Origin: Eledone cirrhosa
Taxonomy: Eukaryota
Reading direction: 5' to 3'
Length of the DNA: 64,000 nt
Assembly: GCA_964016885.1 (NCBI GenBank)
Contig: OZ024742.1
Location: 194,618,001 to 194,682,000, forward strand
The notes beneath the pieces were generated by a model. The model had not been told where the DNA came from. It did not search any database and saw only the letters and a program-made list of their open reading frames with translations. Shown here piece after piece: positions 1 to 14,551 of the stretch. The position numbers were made by a program, and so were the translations under genes. The first letter of the stretch is position 1; every line of letters begins with the position of its first letter.

Positions 1-2334
1 ATTTCTTGGTGAGAGAAGCCACGCTGCTCGTCACATCGTCCCAGTTTTTGTCCGTCTGGAGGTCCGGACCGAACCAGACCCCGAGCAATTTAACCGGTCC
101 GTCCGTCCAGCGGCCGACGACGCTGTTGGACGGCATAGACCTGCCTCTCCTGGTGCCGAGCTGCAGGCCCACTGACTTTTCCTGGTTGATCATTGCTCCT
201 GTCACCGCTTCGTATTCTCTTAGTTTTGTGCCGATCGCCTCGATGTGTTTGGCGTTCGACACCACTACGGTGATATTGTCTGCAAAAGCTGACACTGATC
301 TTCATCATCCTAGTTCGCGCGTGACCCCCCTCAACGTCTCCAGTTTGTGCAGTAATGGCTCGAGAGTCAATACGTACAAGAGGGACCTGAGGGAACATCC
401 TTGGCGGACCGAACGCATGATGTTGAACGGTTCTGAAAGGTGACCGTTCACTCTCACCACAGAGCAGATGTCGCTGTGCATGGCAGACATCCAGCCCCTG
501 AAGACGGGCCCAAAGCCAGCCGCCCTCAGGACTGCCGCTAGGTAACGATGGTCGACTCTATCGAAAGCTTTCGACTGATCTAAATTGATCAAGGACCCAC
601 CCGTGCCAGGTTCCCTAGCTACCCTCTCTACGATGTATCGCATGAGGTGCAGATTGTCGTGGATGGATCTGTCGGGAATGGCGAATATCTGCGACTCTCC
701 CACCAGACCACCAACGACAAGCACCAACCTCTTTGCTAGCACCTTGGCCAAAATCTTGAACTCTGTGTTTAGCAGAGTTATGGGCCTAAAATCATCTATG
801 TTATCCCCTTTGTTCGGATCCTTTCTCAGCAGCCCCACATCTCCTCGGCTCACAGAGCTGGGAATTATCCCGTTCTGTTGCCAGTTGCAATAGACGTCCG
901 CCATGAGGCCTCCAAACAAGTCTGGCATCTGTACGTAAAGTTCATAGGGCAGACCTACCAAACCAGGCGATTTACCTCGTGTGCAGCCAGTCATTGCCTC
1001 CCGTACTTCAGCGGCAGTTATCGGCTTTTCGCAACACTCTGCCTCAGTGGCCGAGAGCCGCGGCAGCCGTCGAGTTAGACACTAAAGTCCATCCCTCGAT
1101 CCGGCCCGCCGCTGCCCCCGAAGAGCTGTGCGAAGTGTCGCTGAAAAGCTTCACACATTTGCCCGGGATCGAATATCATGCGCCTCTCGTGGTCCACCAA
1201 AGGCCGGATCGTGGCTTTGTTGCCATGAAGCGCCTCCGCCACTCGGGCCCATTGAACGGCTTTCGTCCCCTCGTGTCTGAGAGCACGCACCCTAGCTCTG
1301 ACAAGGCAGACTTCGTGCTTTGCATTGAAGAATTGGTCAAGGGCCAATTTCGCCGCAAGTACGTCGGTCGCGATGCCTTTGCTAAGCGCGTCGTCTAATT
1401 TTCTAACTAATTCTCCCTCTGCTCTGTTTTTCTCTAATGCTAAAGCCTTATAAACCTAATGTACTCTATTCTAATTGCTCTTTTCAGAGCAAACCACCAC
1501 TTGTTGTTGACGATGGCCCCCGTCAACGCCCGCTTAACTAGTTCGCTAATCCGATCTATGTAGTCCTTGCGCGCATGTAAGGACGCGTTTAACTTCCAGT
1601 AGCCGGGTCCTCGTCTATGAAGCCTATCTAAGTCAAGCACACAGATCACGAATTTGTGGTCCATGTAGCTGACTATCTTGAATTATGAACAGCCTATGCT
1701 AGACCTATCTATTTCCCTACAAAATACTCTATCTAGATATGATATGGATGACTCTATGCGATTTGTCCAAGTCCTCATTGGCACATTCGGGAAATCCAAT
1801 CGGTACCTGTCAGACAGTTCAAAACGCCTGAGCAGGTTGGTGAGGCTTTGCACCCTCCTCCCCTATTCGCTAATCCCACACAGTCCCAGCGTGCATCTAA
1901 GATCCCGTTCCAGTCGCCCACTAACACTAAAGAGTAGGACGTTCCAAGAAAGGCCTCCAGACCCCGGAAGTAATCAGGCCGCCCTGTCCTGTCGGGGCAT
2001 AGACGGCCACTAGCCTGAAAGCTTGCCCGTCTCCGCTGGTCACGTCCAGCACCACCAACTTACCTTCTAGGTCCAGGAAGATGGCCCGTATGGCGAGATC
2101 CAAACCTCTCCGAAAAAGCACAGCAACACCTACCCCTTATCCAGGACGGCTGGGAGATGTGTACACATCGTAGCCGCCGAAGATCGGTGCGAAGGTCCGT
2201 GCTTCGGAGATTCTGGTCTCGCTGATGGCCACTACATCTATGTTTAGTGACCTGAGGTCGTTAAGCAGGTGGATCTGCTTCCATGACAACCCCAAGCCAC
2301 GCGCATTTATGCTGCCTAGTCTGAGTGAGGTCAT
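1..2334 (-). mobile_element. L1/Tx1-clade non-LTR retrotransposon ORF2 (APE endonuclease + RT), frameshifted, runs off window start
   Basis: ORF pieces: LGSINARGL...ISET and LVAVYAP (APE), DHK...GPGYWKLN, KSPGLVGLPYELY, FRPITLLNTEFKILAK, LDQSKAFDRVDH, SVRQGCSL (RT); split over several frames. Confidence 0.92.
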
Positions 2335-3548
2335 GTTGAAATGGAGTGGAAAAGATGGGAAAGACCACTTACCTTACTTGTCGTAGAGGGAGGACGATTT
2401 CTCCATCCTTTTCACTGCTTGTGGCCTCCTCCGGAAGGATGTTCTTATAAATCCTCCTGGAGAGTGCTTGTCGGAAGTCTCCGATGTCTTTGGGGAATTT
2501 TTGTTTTAGTGTCATGTACGTTTTCTGTGTGATGCGAGTGATTTGTATGTGTGGAGGTGGTGTGAAATTTTGGGTTTTTGTGTATTCTGTGATGCTGGTG
2601 TTGTGTTGGATGTAGTGTAATAATTGGTTGTTGTTCAAATTTATTGCTGTGTAGTGTGTATCGTTTTGGTTGTTTTGTTTTGTTTGCGTTTCTTGTGGGT
2701 TTGTTTCTGTTTGGCTTTTTGGTGACTTTTGTGGTGTTGGTGATGGTGGTGGTGTTGGGGTTAATGATGGTGATGGTGATGGTGTTGGTGTTTGTGGTGG
2801 TGGGGTTGGTGATGTTGGTATTGATGGTGGCATAGCTGTCCTAACCTTTTTGTTTGATAGTTTATTTGTTTCCCTCTGTATTTTCTTTTTGGAGGGGGGA
2901 GGAAGAGATTTTTTTTCTTTTTTGGTTTCTTTTTCTTTTTTTCTTTTTTCCTTATACCGTTTCTCACTCTACGTTGTCACAATCTGTCTCCAGTTGCGAT
3001 AGGTCGGGGAGTGGAATATCTTCCACAGGCGTTGGTTTTGGTTGTGGCGTGGTGGATGGTGCTGGTGCTAGTTCTGGTGCGTTGGGTGGTGGTGGGTTAA
3101 TTTTGCTACTGTTGCTGGGTTTGTTGCTGTTACAGTTGCTTCTGTTGTTGCTCCTACAGTTGTTGCTGCCATTTCTGCTGCTGGTGGTGTTGATGGTTGA
3201 GTCACTGGGTGGGTAAGAGAGGTGGCCTCAACGTTTTATCCTGAGGGCAGAAAGCCCTTAGGTGGGTTCCTTCACCACAAATAACACACCTAGTTTGTGA
3301 GGAAGGCTCTCAGCTGCGAGTCGGCCATGATTTTTCAAAGAAAAATTTTTTTTTTTGCTTGGTAATTATAAAAGTTTAAATTTGGGGCTCAAGGCCTCAA
3401 TCTTTTTGAGTGTCTTTTTCCGAAAGCAAATTTTGTGACTTTATAAATAGTTAACATGAAACATTTTACATAAATGGCAATTTTAAACAAACGAAAACAA
3501 CAAATCTTTGCGGAGCTCACGATGATACGATTTCCTACGTAGGTCGCC
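2335..3548 (-). mobile_element. Probable 5' part (low-complexity ORF1-like region and 5' UTR) of the Tx1 element, abutting (AAT)n
   Basis: Contiguous upstream of ORF2; Pro/Thr/Gln/Lys-rich minus-strand ORFs (2369-2833); ends at (AAT)n at 3549. Confidence 0.45.
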
Positions 3549-3570
3549 AATAATAATAATAATAATAATA

Positions 3571-3759
3571 ATTGTTTCTACTTTTGGCACAAGGCCAGCA
3601 ATTACCCAGTGCATTACTGGTACTTTATTTTATCGACCCCGTAAGGATGAATGGCAAATTTAACCTCGGCGGGATTTGAACTCAGAGTGGCAATGGCCGT
3701 AACTCTACGTGTCAAAGCATGACGTCCGACCCTCTACCGATACTGCCAAAGCCCCGCCC
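3571..3759 (-). mobile_element. tRNA-derived SINE (Octopus-type)
   Basis: Minus strand has A-box-like TGGCAGTATCGGTAG and B-box GAGTTCAAATCCC, then core TCATCCTTACGGGGTCGATAAAATAAAGTACCAG and an (ATT)n tail; many copies in window. Confidence 0.85.
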
Positions 3760-3778
3760 TAATATTAATAATAATAAT

Positions 3779-3955
3779 AATTGATTCTACTTTAGGCACA
3801 AGTCCAGCAATTATCCCAGTGCATTACTGGTGCTTATTGTATCGACCCCGTAAGGATGAAAGGCAAAATTATACTCGGTGAGATTTGAACTTAGATCATA
3901 AAGGACCGTTAGTCTAAGCTACAAAACATGGCGTCCGACGTTGTACCGATACTGG
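3779..3955 (-). mobile_element. Second tandem copy of the same SINE (a more decayed third copy follows at ~3985-4120)
   Basis: Homologous to 3571-3759. Confidence 0.8.
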
Positions 3956-4914
3956 GGTCAAATTCGGGTACAACCATCTCAATACATTATTTAATCTATC
4001 GCGAAATGATAAAGACAATGCTGACATCGGTGGTATTCGAACTTAGAATATAAAGGGCTGTAACTAAATGCCACAATGCATTCTGTCCGTTACTCTAATG
4101 ATTCTTAAAATCCAACTCCCCGATTGCTTGATAGAAATGAAGTGAGACCCGAGAGATATCTGTGGTTTAGATGGCAGCATGGCCCTCCCAAAATGAGTAA
4201 AGTCGCGCGTGACATTTACTAAAAATAATGTACCATTCTATCAATGCAATTTAGTTGTGCAATTATTTGTGATGGTTATGATGTTTGACTTATGAACTCA
4301 ATGTCTCAATTGTCAGACAGGGCAGTGCGCCGTCTTCTTGATTAAGACATTTCATTTCACGTTTTTTCTGTTTGTTTGTTTTTTTGTTTGTCGTTTTTTT
4401 TCTTCTTTTTTGTTTGGCTTTTAACTCAGGTCTGGTAAATAGGTACCAGGCCAGCAATAGATAGAGCTGAAGTGGATTGGAGCCCCGTCCGGGTTTGTCT
4501 TTTATTTTATATGCTTAATGCCAATGAAATCGGGATACTTTCCGCGTGGATGAGCCTCAACGCTGACGGCAGACTTTCATTTACACTGAAGTGCACCTGA
4601 AAAGTAATGGACTGAGGCACATCACATCCGTGTAATAACTGAAATCAATAGCATTTATTTTTCGGCAAACGATAGCACTGTTTACAATCAATAACCAATT
4701 GATTCTGTTTGTTTTTGTCTTGTATTCTTTGTTTTTTTTTACTAGTTTTTTTACTAGTTTTTTTACTAGTATTGTACGTTAAGCGGCTTTCATTGATTAC
4801 ATGGACACAGTACACATATTTTGATGTCTGATATTTATTTCATCGGTCTCTGAGGTACGAGGTATAATCGCAGATACAAACACAAACACCCCATAACCCC
4901 CAACACACACACAG

Positions 4915-4996
<82 letters not shown>

Positions 4997-5161
4997 GAAC
5001 TCTTGTATACACACATAGATGCGCAGGTTTACTGTATTTTAGTCCACAACAAAACATAATTCCTTAAAATAAGGACCGTGGTAATTACTGGAATCAGTAT
5101 AATAGTCAGAAAATCTTGAGATTTGATAATTTGCGCTTGTAAAGGTATAGAAGAAAGAACA

Positions 5162-5218
<57 letters not shown>

Positions 5219-5420
5219 GGATATATGTATCGTAAGAGACGAGGAGGAGAGAGAGATGTATATATAGAGAGATATCGAAAGGTGCGATACAGTTTACTAA
5301 AGGCCGATAGGCAAATCGAGGTGGGCTCAGTGTTAAATATTAAAGAGGGGCTAATATTTAGTATAGTGTTCAAGCAGAGCAGGTATAAGCAAAATCAATA
5401 AATGTAGGAGTCGCAAGTCG

Positions 5421-5510
5421 TTATAACAAGATATTTTTATATTTCTTACATGATGTTTCACCTACGTCAACAAGTAATATAAGATCTTCAGAGAAGATGT
5501 ATTTGTTAGT
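5421..5510 (-). ncRNA. Type I hammerhead ribozyme motif
   Basis: Minus: TTCT-CTGAAGA-TCTTAT..GTAGGT-GAAA-CATCATG-TA-AGAA; stem I TTCT/AGAA extended by TAACAA/TTGTTA; lies between TA tracts. Confidence 0.6.
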
Positions 5511-6231
5511 ACAATTGTCATATATATATATTGTGTTCCGAAGAGATTGTTTTTGAAAAAATAGGAGCAAGCAGGAGAAATCTCGCAACATTCGTCGTTT
5601 GTAGTTACGATGGTGATTAGTATAAAAATAACAACAATAAAAATAAAAATATTAGATCAATCGGTTAAAATCTGAAACTATAATAAAGTAAGGAAAGCGG
5701 GACTGCGTCCAGAATATATTTGTTCTATCCCTTTTGTAAAATAAGTTGGATTACATTGGCTAAATAATAAATGAATATTACATAATTTATCTACTAAAAT
5801 TCGTAATTCTTGATTAAATATAAATTAATTTGTCACTTATTTTAAGATACACTTCGTTAAAATTTTCAAATGTCAACACTTCCAGTTAGTGATCGCTTAA
5901 ATATGCACTCATATATTTCCGTCACTAGTTTCCTCCTAATGCAGTGTATATATAATATCGTCTTTTTTTAATGTACCGTCGATTACGTTACTGATTACAG
6001 TGTAACACAGTCTTCGTTCAATTTCTTTGGACAGAAATATATATACATATATATATATATATATTAAGAACAAATGGAGGTTTTATGTTAAGGGTTTTAT
6101 TGATTGTACAGATACGAACGTTTCACATATGAGTGGTTCAAGACCTTTGGAAACGCGTAAGTGCTCTAAACCCAACTCCAGCCTGATCTGCCCTTCATAT
6201 ATATATATATTATACATATAACCCAACCTCG

Positions 6232-6361
<130 letters not shown>

Positions 6362-6544
6362 TTAATATAACAAGGACGATTTGTTAAGCCTTCATTGCGT
6401 TTATTGATTGGTGACGCGCGTTTCGCTATTCATCAGCTCAAGGTTCGATCTGCATCGATATGGCGTGATCTGGAATCAAAAGCTCGTCGGACCTCCGACG
6501 TTGTAATGACAGGACATATATATGTATATATATGTATATATATG

Positions 6545-6631
<87 letters not shown>

Positions 6632-7165
6632 TTCATACAAGCTTTAAATTTGTTACACAATATATATCACAGAATATGCAAAAATCGATCTTTCATATAC
6701 TTTATTATATAGAATATTGTCGTCAGTTAACTATTACGATATAGAACCCTGTGATTCATGAAATAGTCCAAAATGCAATCACATTATTAACTAGGATAAA
6801 ATAAACAAGATGTACTGGAATAATATTCTTTTAAAAACTAAATATTTGTACTTTTATATATTACGGCATCACACCTATATTATTATTTTATATTGAAAAT
6901 ATCAAAGTTAGTCGACTTTATGGCATACTATATATTATGGAATTATGCGAAATAGAAAACAGTATAAACCAGTCTAAACTAGTATTTACCAGCCAAAAAT
7001 ACACAATAATATAAGTTGTTAGTATTGTATATTCAGTTACATTGTTTAGTAAATTAGTAATTATAGGGAAGCCTCAGATCGGTTCGAGAATAAGAAATGT
7101 TATTTGGATTAATAAGCAGTATGATAATAAAATCTCTATATATTGGTATAAATCTCACACACACA
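6632..7165. repeat. ~530-bp unit, direct-repeated at 8410-8945, each copy followed by (TA)n
   Basis: Near-identical sequence from ATACAAGCTTTAAATTTG to ATAAATCTCACAC in both copies. Confidence 0.9.
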
Positions 7166-7166
7166 C

Positions 7167-7208
<42 letters not shown>

Positions 7209-7209
7209 A

Positions 7210-7321
<112 letters not shown>

Positions 7322-7344
7322 TATGTATGTATGTAAGTATATTT

Positions 7345-8409
7345 TTGTGTAGGGGTATAAGTATGTGTGTGTTACGTTATATTGTTAGGTGATGCTATTG
7401 AGGTTCTTGGTTATGCTGGCAGGATGGTTAGAATGCTTATTTATGTAATTAAGCGTATCATTCGGCTTTCTATACGGGTAGTTCAAGACATTCGACAAAT
7501 TGAGGGTAACGTCGAAGTAATTAACGACCGAGTGGTTGGTCTCAACTTGTATGGAGAGGTTGAAGCCTTTAATGAAGGCTGTGAGTTCTTTTCTGAACCT
7601 GTCGCAAGCGCGTGGACCGCACTTTGTCATGGTCAAACCACCGCCCACATCACGGTACAAACCACTGCCCACATTGGGGAATTCTTCCTTGATAGAGAAA
7701 ATAAGGTAAAGTCCGATAAGATCAGTAACCTCCACGGAATCACTGGCGCCCATACTCACGTCGAATGTGGTACTATTAGATTTTTTAATCCAAATAGAGT
7801 CGTCGAAATTAATCACCGATGTACGGGCATTGCGGATGACATCGAGTTCGAAATCCTTAACCACCGTGAGTGTTTTAGCGAAGTTGATAGCTCTAAGAAG
7901 AAGTGGGAAAGGGATGGAGGAGTAGTAATATTTGATGTCGAATTGGATAAAACGGCAATGTTCCTTGTTGCATATGCCATTGAACCAATCAATCACCGCG
8001 AAAGAATTGTTCCACAGTGCACGAGCGGTGATGCTTCTAATTTCAGGTATAATTCTATCTAAAATCCTTTTACTAAGTCTACCTAAATCGGACTTCGTAC
8101 GGTTAATAAGCCGAATAGAGGGGTTGTTGGCGGAATTGGGTTTGTGATCCTTCAGGGTAAAGTGTGGATAAAAAGGGTCCAGAGTTTCAGTCCTGTCCTG
8201 GATGTTGAGTTCAGGGGTAATTTTAAACCCAGCATCGTTGATGCCATTGATTACACTCCGATTAGTTATCAGTTAATCCTTAGTTACAGCATTATATAGC
8301 AGTTGATGGTAAGTACTGCGCTCCGCTTGATATATATTGCCAGATTTGTCGGAGTGGACGTGCACGGCATTCGAATCCTTAATAGAACTAATTCTATTCT
8401 TTAGGTCCC
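7345..8409 (-). mobile_element. Penelope-like element RT fragment (same family as 36090-37890)
   Basis: FIQFDIKYYYSSI, TFDVSMGASDSVEVTDLIGL, GLYRD, PYRKPNDTLNYINKHSNHP; high nucleotide identity to the 36.1-37.1 kb element. Confidence 0.9.
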
Positions 8410-8945
8410 CATACAAGCTTTAAATTTGTTACACAATATATATCACAGAATATGCAAAAATCGATCTTTCATATACTTTATTATATAGAATATTGTCGTT
8501 AGTTAACTATTACCATATAGAACCCTGTGATTCATGAAATAATCCAAAATGCAATCACATTATTAACTAGGATAAAATAAACAAGATGTATTTGAATAAT
8601 ATTCTTTTAAAAACTAAATATTTGTACTTTTATATATTACGGCATCACACCTATATTATTATTTTATATTGAAAATATCAAATTTAGTCGACTTTATTGC
8701 ATAGTATATTTTTATGGAATTATACGAAATAGAAAACAGTATAAACCAGTCTAAACTAGTATTTACTAGCCAAAAATACACAATAATATAAGTTGTTAGT
8801 ATTGTATATTCAGTTACGTTGTGTAGTAAATTAGTAATTATAGGGAAGCCTCAGATCGGTTCGAGAATAAGAAATGTTATTTGGATTAATAAGCAGTAAG
8901 AGAGTAAAATCTCTATATATTTGTATAAATCTCACACAGACGTAT
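8410..8945. repeat. Second copy of the 530-bp unit
   Basis: Direct repeat of 6632-7165. Confidence 0.9.
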
Positions 8946-8960
8946 ATATATATATTTATA

Positions 8961-9280
<320 letters not shown>

Positions 9281-9354
9281 TCATATTGTTAAGTGATACT
9301 ATTGAGCTGGACATTGCCTAGCCAATACTGGTCAAAATTTATCAACGTTGTCAG

Positions 9355-9509
<155 letters not shown>

Positions 9510-9521
9510 CATATATGTATA

Positions 9522-10360
9522 TATAAAGAATTAGTATACCAACATATATATACGGAAGTATACCTATGCAAGTAAATATATAGGTTTTGTCTTAGTAACT
9601 TTGTGGTCAATGCATGGGGATGCAGAACAATTATATGAAAGACGTAAAATAAGAAAATTATTGAAATTAACTTACTTACTAAAATTTCACTCCAACTAAT
9701 TAGTTTCTGAAAGGGAATAAACATGGTTTCCAAATAGAAAACATGGAGCAGCCATTTCCTCATCAGGAAGTCGTTCTCAGCTAAGATCCCTGGAGATGCG
9801 CGGACACAGGGAACTTATACAAAAATGATTCAGTGGATGGAAAAAAGCAAGCGTGGACTAAATTTCAAGACATTGAAAAAATCACTGCCTACCTGGTTGG
9901 TGGCAGATTCAAAAGAATCAATCACGTGACATCGAGGTTAATCAGTGAGAAGTGGGGTGTTAAAAAGACAGTAGCCAAGCTGTTACTATGAACTATAGAA
10001 GTAATTTTGCCAAATTTTGGCTCAACAAAATAATTTGGAGATAATTATAAAGAATTAGTATATCTACCAACATATATATACAGAAGTATACCTATGCAAG
10101 CAAATATATTGGTTTTGTCTTAGTAACTTTGTGGTTCAACGCATGGGGATGCAGAACAATTATATGAAAGACGTAAAATAAGAAAATTATAAAAATTAAC
10201 TTACTTACTAAAATTTCACTCCAACTAATTAGTTTCTGAAAGGGAATAAACATGGTTTCAAAATAGAAAACAATGAGAAGCCATTTCGTCATCAGGAAGT
10301 CGTTCTCAGCTAAGATCCCTGGCGATGCGTGGACACAGGGAACTTATACAAAAATAATTC
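9522..10360. repeat. Partial tandem duplication (9522-9830 repeated at 10045-10360), period ~525 bp
   Basis: TATAAAGAATTAGTATA...GAACTTATACAAAAAT present twice. Confidence 0.85.
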
Positions 10361-10533
10361 ATACTTTTATTTAAGTAACAGCCGTACTAAGAGTGAGAAA
10401 TGAAATCTCGTTTCATTTTTTCCGTGTATCGTTTTCGGTACCCCCGGCCAATTAACTCACTGGATATGCAAATTAGGCTGCTCAGCCGTTAATATGCATA
10501 AGGAAAGTATATACTTTCAGACGTTCAACCATC

Positions 10534-10600
10534 TGGCAGAAAGGTATTCGTTGCTGACGATAGCTAATAAGCTTGAAACTAGTACAGCGTTCCTTTGTCA
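10534..10600 (+). ncRNA. Minimal type I hammerhead ribozyme
   Basis: CGTTG-CTGACGA-T-AGCT-AATA-AGCT-T-GAAA-CTAG-TA-CAGCG; stem I extended by TGGCAGAAAGG/CCTTTGTCA; palindromic stem III ACTAGT, GUA cleavage triplet. Confidence 0.82.
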
Positions 10601-10795
10601 GTGTTGAACAAAAGAGCAACGATGGTTGCTAGACACTGTACGGCTTAATTCGGGATGTTTGTTTACAGACACACCGAGCATTATAATAAATGTTCGGTGA
10701 ATCCATACGTACATATATATATGTGTGCATGTATGTATATATATATATACATACTACTGTACGTCTGTATACATATATGTATGTACGTATACATA

Positions 10796-10876
<81 letters not shown>

Positions 10877-11114
10877 GTATGTATGTAAAAGGTAAACAGA
10901 AATTACAACACAATCAGTATATGGAAGGTATATATTAGGTTAACGCTTGATATAGCAGGAAGAGGGTCTTATCATTTCGGACGCTACTCCTTCATTATAT
11001 GAAAGACTGAGAAATAAAATAGATTGAGGGGACAGGCGGGATGGAATTGGAAAATATATCTTTAGATAAAAATAACAGGTCCATTCATGTTGACATCTCA
11101 TATATATACACACA

Positions 11115-11243
<129 letters not shown>

Positions 11244-13435
11244 ATAAATACCTCTTCGATCCAGAATGCCCATGGGACTTGCACCTAGAAATCTCTCCTC
11301 CGAAGCGAAATCCGTGCACGGTTGTTTGAGGAAGACTAGCAGTCGCCCAAAACATACCAGCCTCCCCTCTCTCCGCTACAGAAGTTTTCCAATGAAACGT
11401 CAATGGTCGATACAACAAGAAACTCATTTCTACAGCTCAGTAAACTGGAACAACGTGGAATGCCTTGCTGAAGGACACAAAGCATCACTCGGTCTAAACA
11501 AATTTATTCGCTACGTGATGAAGAATATCATTTACAATACTACCATAATACTGATAGTATATTTTTTAAATGTCTAGAAGTTTTGGTAATTGTATAACAA
11601 AGGATAGAGTTTTCGTGTGTGTTTGCATCTGGAATATCTTTCTCGGGTGTTCTCGTCTAAAGCTCAGACGTTCTTTACACATTTCCATTGTTTTAGCGAT
11701 CGTTTTAAAATAATTTTTTGTGATTTAATTTCGGATTAATATCATGTCTTCAATATTCCTAGTTAACTTATATATTTTGATATACACGGTTGTATAAAGA
11801 CGATCGCTTTATATCTATGTGGGTTTTCTTCTGCTACGATTTCACAGCGCCTGTCTTGTCATAGAGTTTCGTGTTTGGTTAAAAAAGTGTAGATCAAATT
11901 AATTTGATAGAAACTGTGAGAAAACCTATCGGAGGGATTATTCTTCGTGGCTTGTATTTTTAATCCTTCGCCGAGGTTTACACTATCACATCTTCACTCT
12001 AGTTTCCTTTAACAGATCTCACACGTATGCATGCAGAGCAGTCATTTAGGTTGAGTATAATACCTATTTTTATATTCCTTGAACGGGTCTCTGAGGTCAT
12101 TGAAAAGTTCATAATCTACACTTGGCAATTATATAACTAGATTTCGTGTTAAGTGAGGAAAATCAATGTTGAACATAGAGACAATAACAAAGGTTTTTAA
12201 ATCACACAGAAAAACATTTTAAACTATGCAAAGATAGACAATAAACATAAAATAAAATATTTATTGATTGCATGATTTATTTTTCTTTATTTGACATTCA
12301 GTGGAGATATAATAGGAGAAAATAATGGGTTTTGCTCTAAGTTCAAAGAGTAAAGAAAGTACAGACACTTTTATCGTTGCTACTGCTCGAGAACGTACTA
12401 TTAATGATAAGTAACCTCGTTAAAATATATTTGAAATACTGAGAGAATCTAGCATGATAGTAAGTGATAAATGTGAAGCAAAGTTCTGGACTAAACTATA
12501 TATTGTGAGTGATGATAGAGACACATTTAAAACATTGTATAAATGCAGATAGAGCAGGGAGAATGGAGAAACAAAATCATATATTAATAATTTTATACTC
12601 AATACAAAGTTATTAATTTTCGCAAATGCAAATTCATTTCAAATTTTCAAACTTATACAGTTTCTTCGTAAACTTATCATTTTACATACTTTCGAGTCCC
12701 ACCTAATTAAATGGGGCTGGAATAATTGAGGGAGATCGGTTATTTTTCTAGGTTCTCCGCGTTGATGCTTTTAAAAAAACAAAATTAGTTTAGTTTACAT
12801 ATTGAGACTCAACCTCATCTTATTTATTTTATAATGTATGGGATTTCTTGTAATGTTCTTTTTTTTTTTCATGTATAATGATTTTTTTTAATGGAATGCT
12901 ACCACTTAAAATAAAATTTCTCCGGATATAGATTAGAAAAACTTAATAAGCAGAGAGATTCTGAAAAAATAAGCGAGGAGGGGACAATATTCGAGACACG
13001 AAAGTACATATACACACCGCCCATACACGCATATAATATATACACACATATGTGTGTATGTGTGTGAGTGTGTGTGTGTGCGCGTGTGTATGTTTGTGAG
13101 TGTGTTGTGCGCGCGTGTGTATATATATACACACATGTGTGTATATATATATATTGTATTAACGCGTGTGGACTAATTTCAGATTGGTAAAACATTATTC
13201 ATTCAGTTTTAATACCACGAAAATGCATACTAACAGAATAAATCGTAAAATCACACAATTGCCAAAACGTTACGTAAAGGTTAATGAAACAGACGGGCAA
13301 CTTTCCCTGGTACTTTTAAATCCCAATCTATTATGTCGGATCAGGCATTTGAAAATTATAAATAATCAGTGTAAAGACTGTGAAATCGTTCACCTAGTGT
13401 TTAGATCTGTAAAACATACACAAACATGCCACGTT

Positions 13436-13489
<54 letters not shown>

Positions 13490-13513
13490 ACACACACACA
13501 CACACGCACACAT

Positions 13514-13576
<63 letters not shown>

Positions 13577-13581
<5 letters not shown>

Positions 13582-14498
13582 TAATAAAATAATGAATAAA
13601 CAAAGAAACAGTTCCTTATATTAAAAAAATTCATCATTTTACGATCGTTTCTAGGATATATATGTGTGTTAGAATTAGTATGCATATTCTATAGATCTAT
13701 GTACGATATTTATACAAACTATCAGAGGGAATATACATACCTACACATATATATGCTGTCTTCAGAAATAATGATATTTGTTTATTGGAAAAACAAAGAT
13801 TCAATACAATAGGTCTGTTTGGGAACAGGTTTTGAATTGACCAATAGAGAGATAGTGAGGGTCAAGATAGTAATATAGTAGTAGAAGAACCTTAAATTAT
13901 GGGTAGAGGAAGGTAGATTTCAGTTTCGGATGGAAAAGAATATTAAGAATGAAGGATTATTTTACGGAAGAAATAGGTCTTATCCTGACCTCAGAAATAA
14001 TTTTATTTGTTCATTGAATAAAACCAACCAAGATCTAATATATTCTGTCTGTTTGGTAAGAGGTTTAGAATTAACCAATAGAAAGTTAATAATTGGCCAA
14101 ATGGTAAAATAGTAGTAATTGAAGCTTGTTTTAGGGGTGAAAATAGGTCAGGTGGTCAGTAAAAGGTATACAAGCAGTTGCTGTTATAAAATAGTAATTC
14201 CAATACAAATATCTAAGGTGACTAAAGTTTTAAGATAAGAATGTTAGTGCAAAAGATACATCTATGAAAAGAATATAAATTAATTTAATTGATGGGTATA
14301 TTTATATTGATAAAATTATATTAATACATATCGATATGATAAATAAGAGTTAGATGCAGTTGAAAAGTGCTGTTAAAGATGAGGGGAAATTAAAAGAATA
14401 TAAAAATAATATATATATATATACTTATATATATATATATATACACATATATACACATACACACACACATATACACACATATATATATATATATATAT

Positions 14499-14551
<53 letters not shown>

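Noticed and set aside
11700-12200. Possible additional RT remnant (TKLYDK-like)
   Set aside because: A single short motif with no supporting frame
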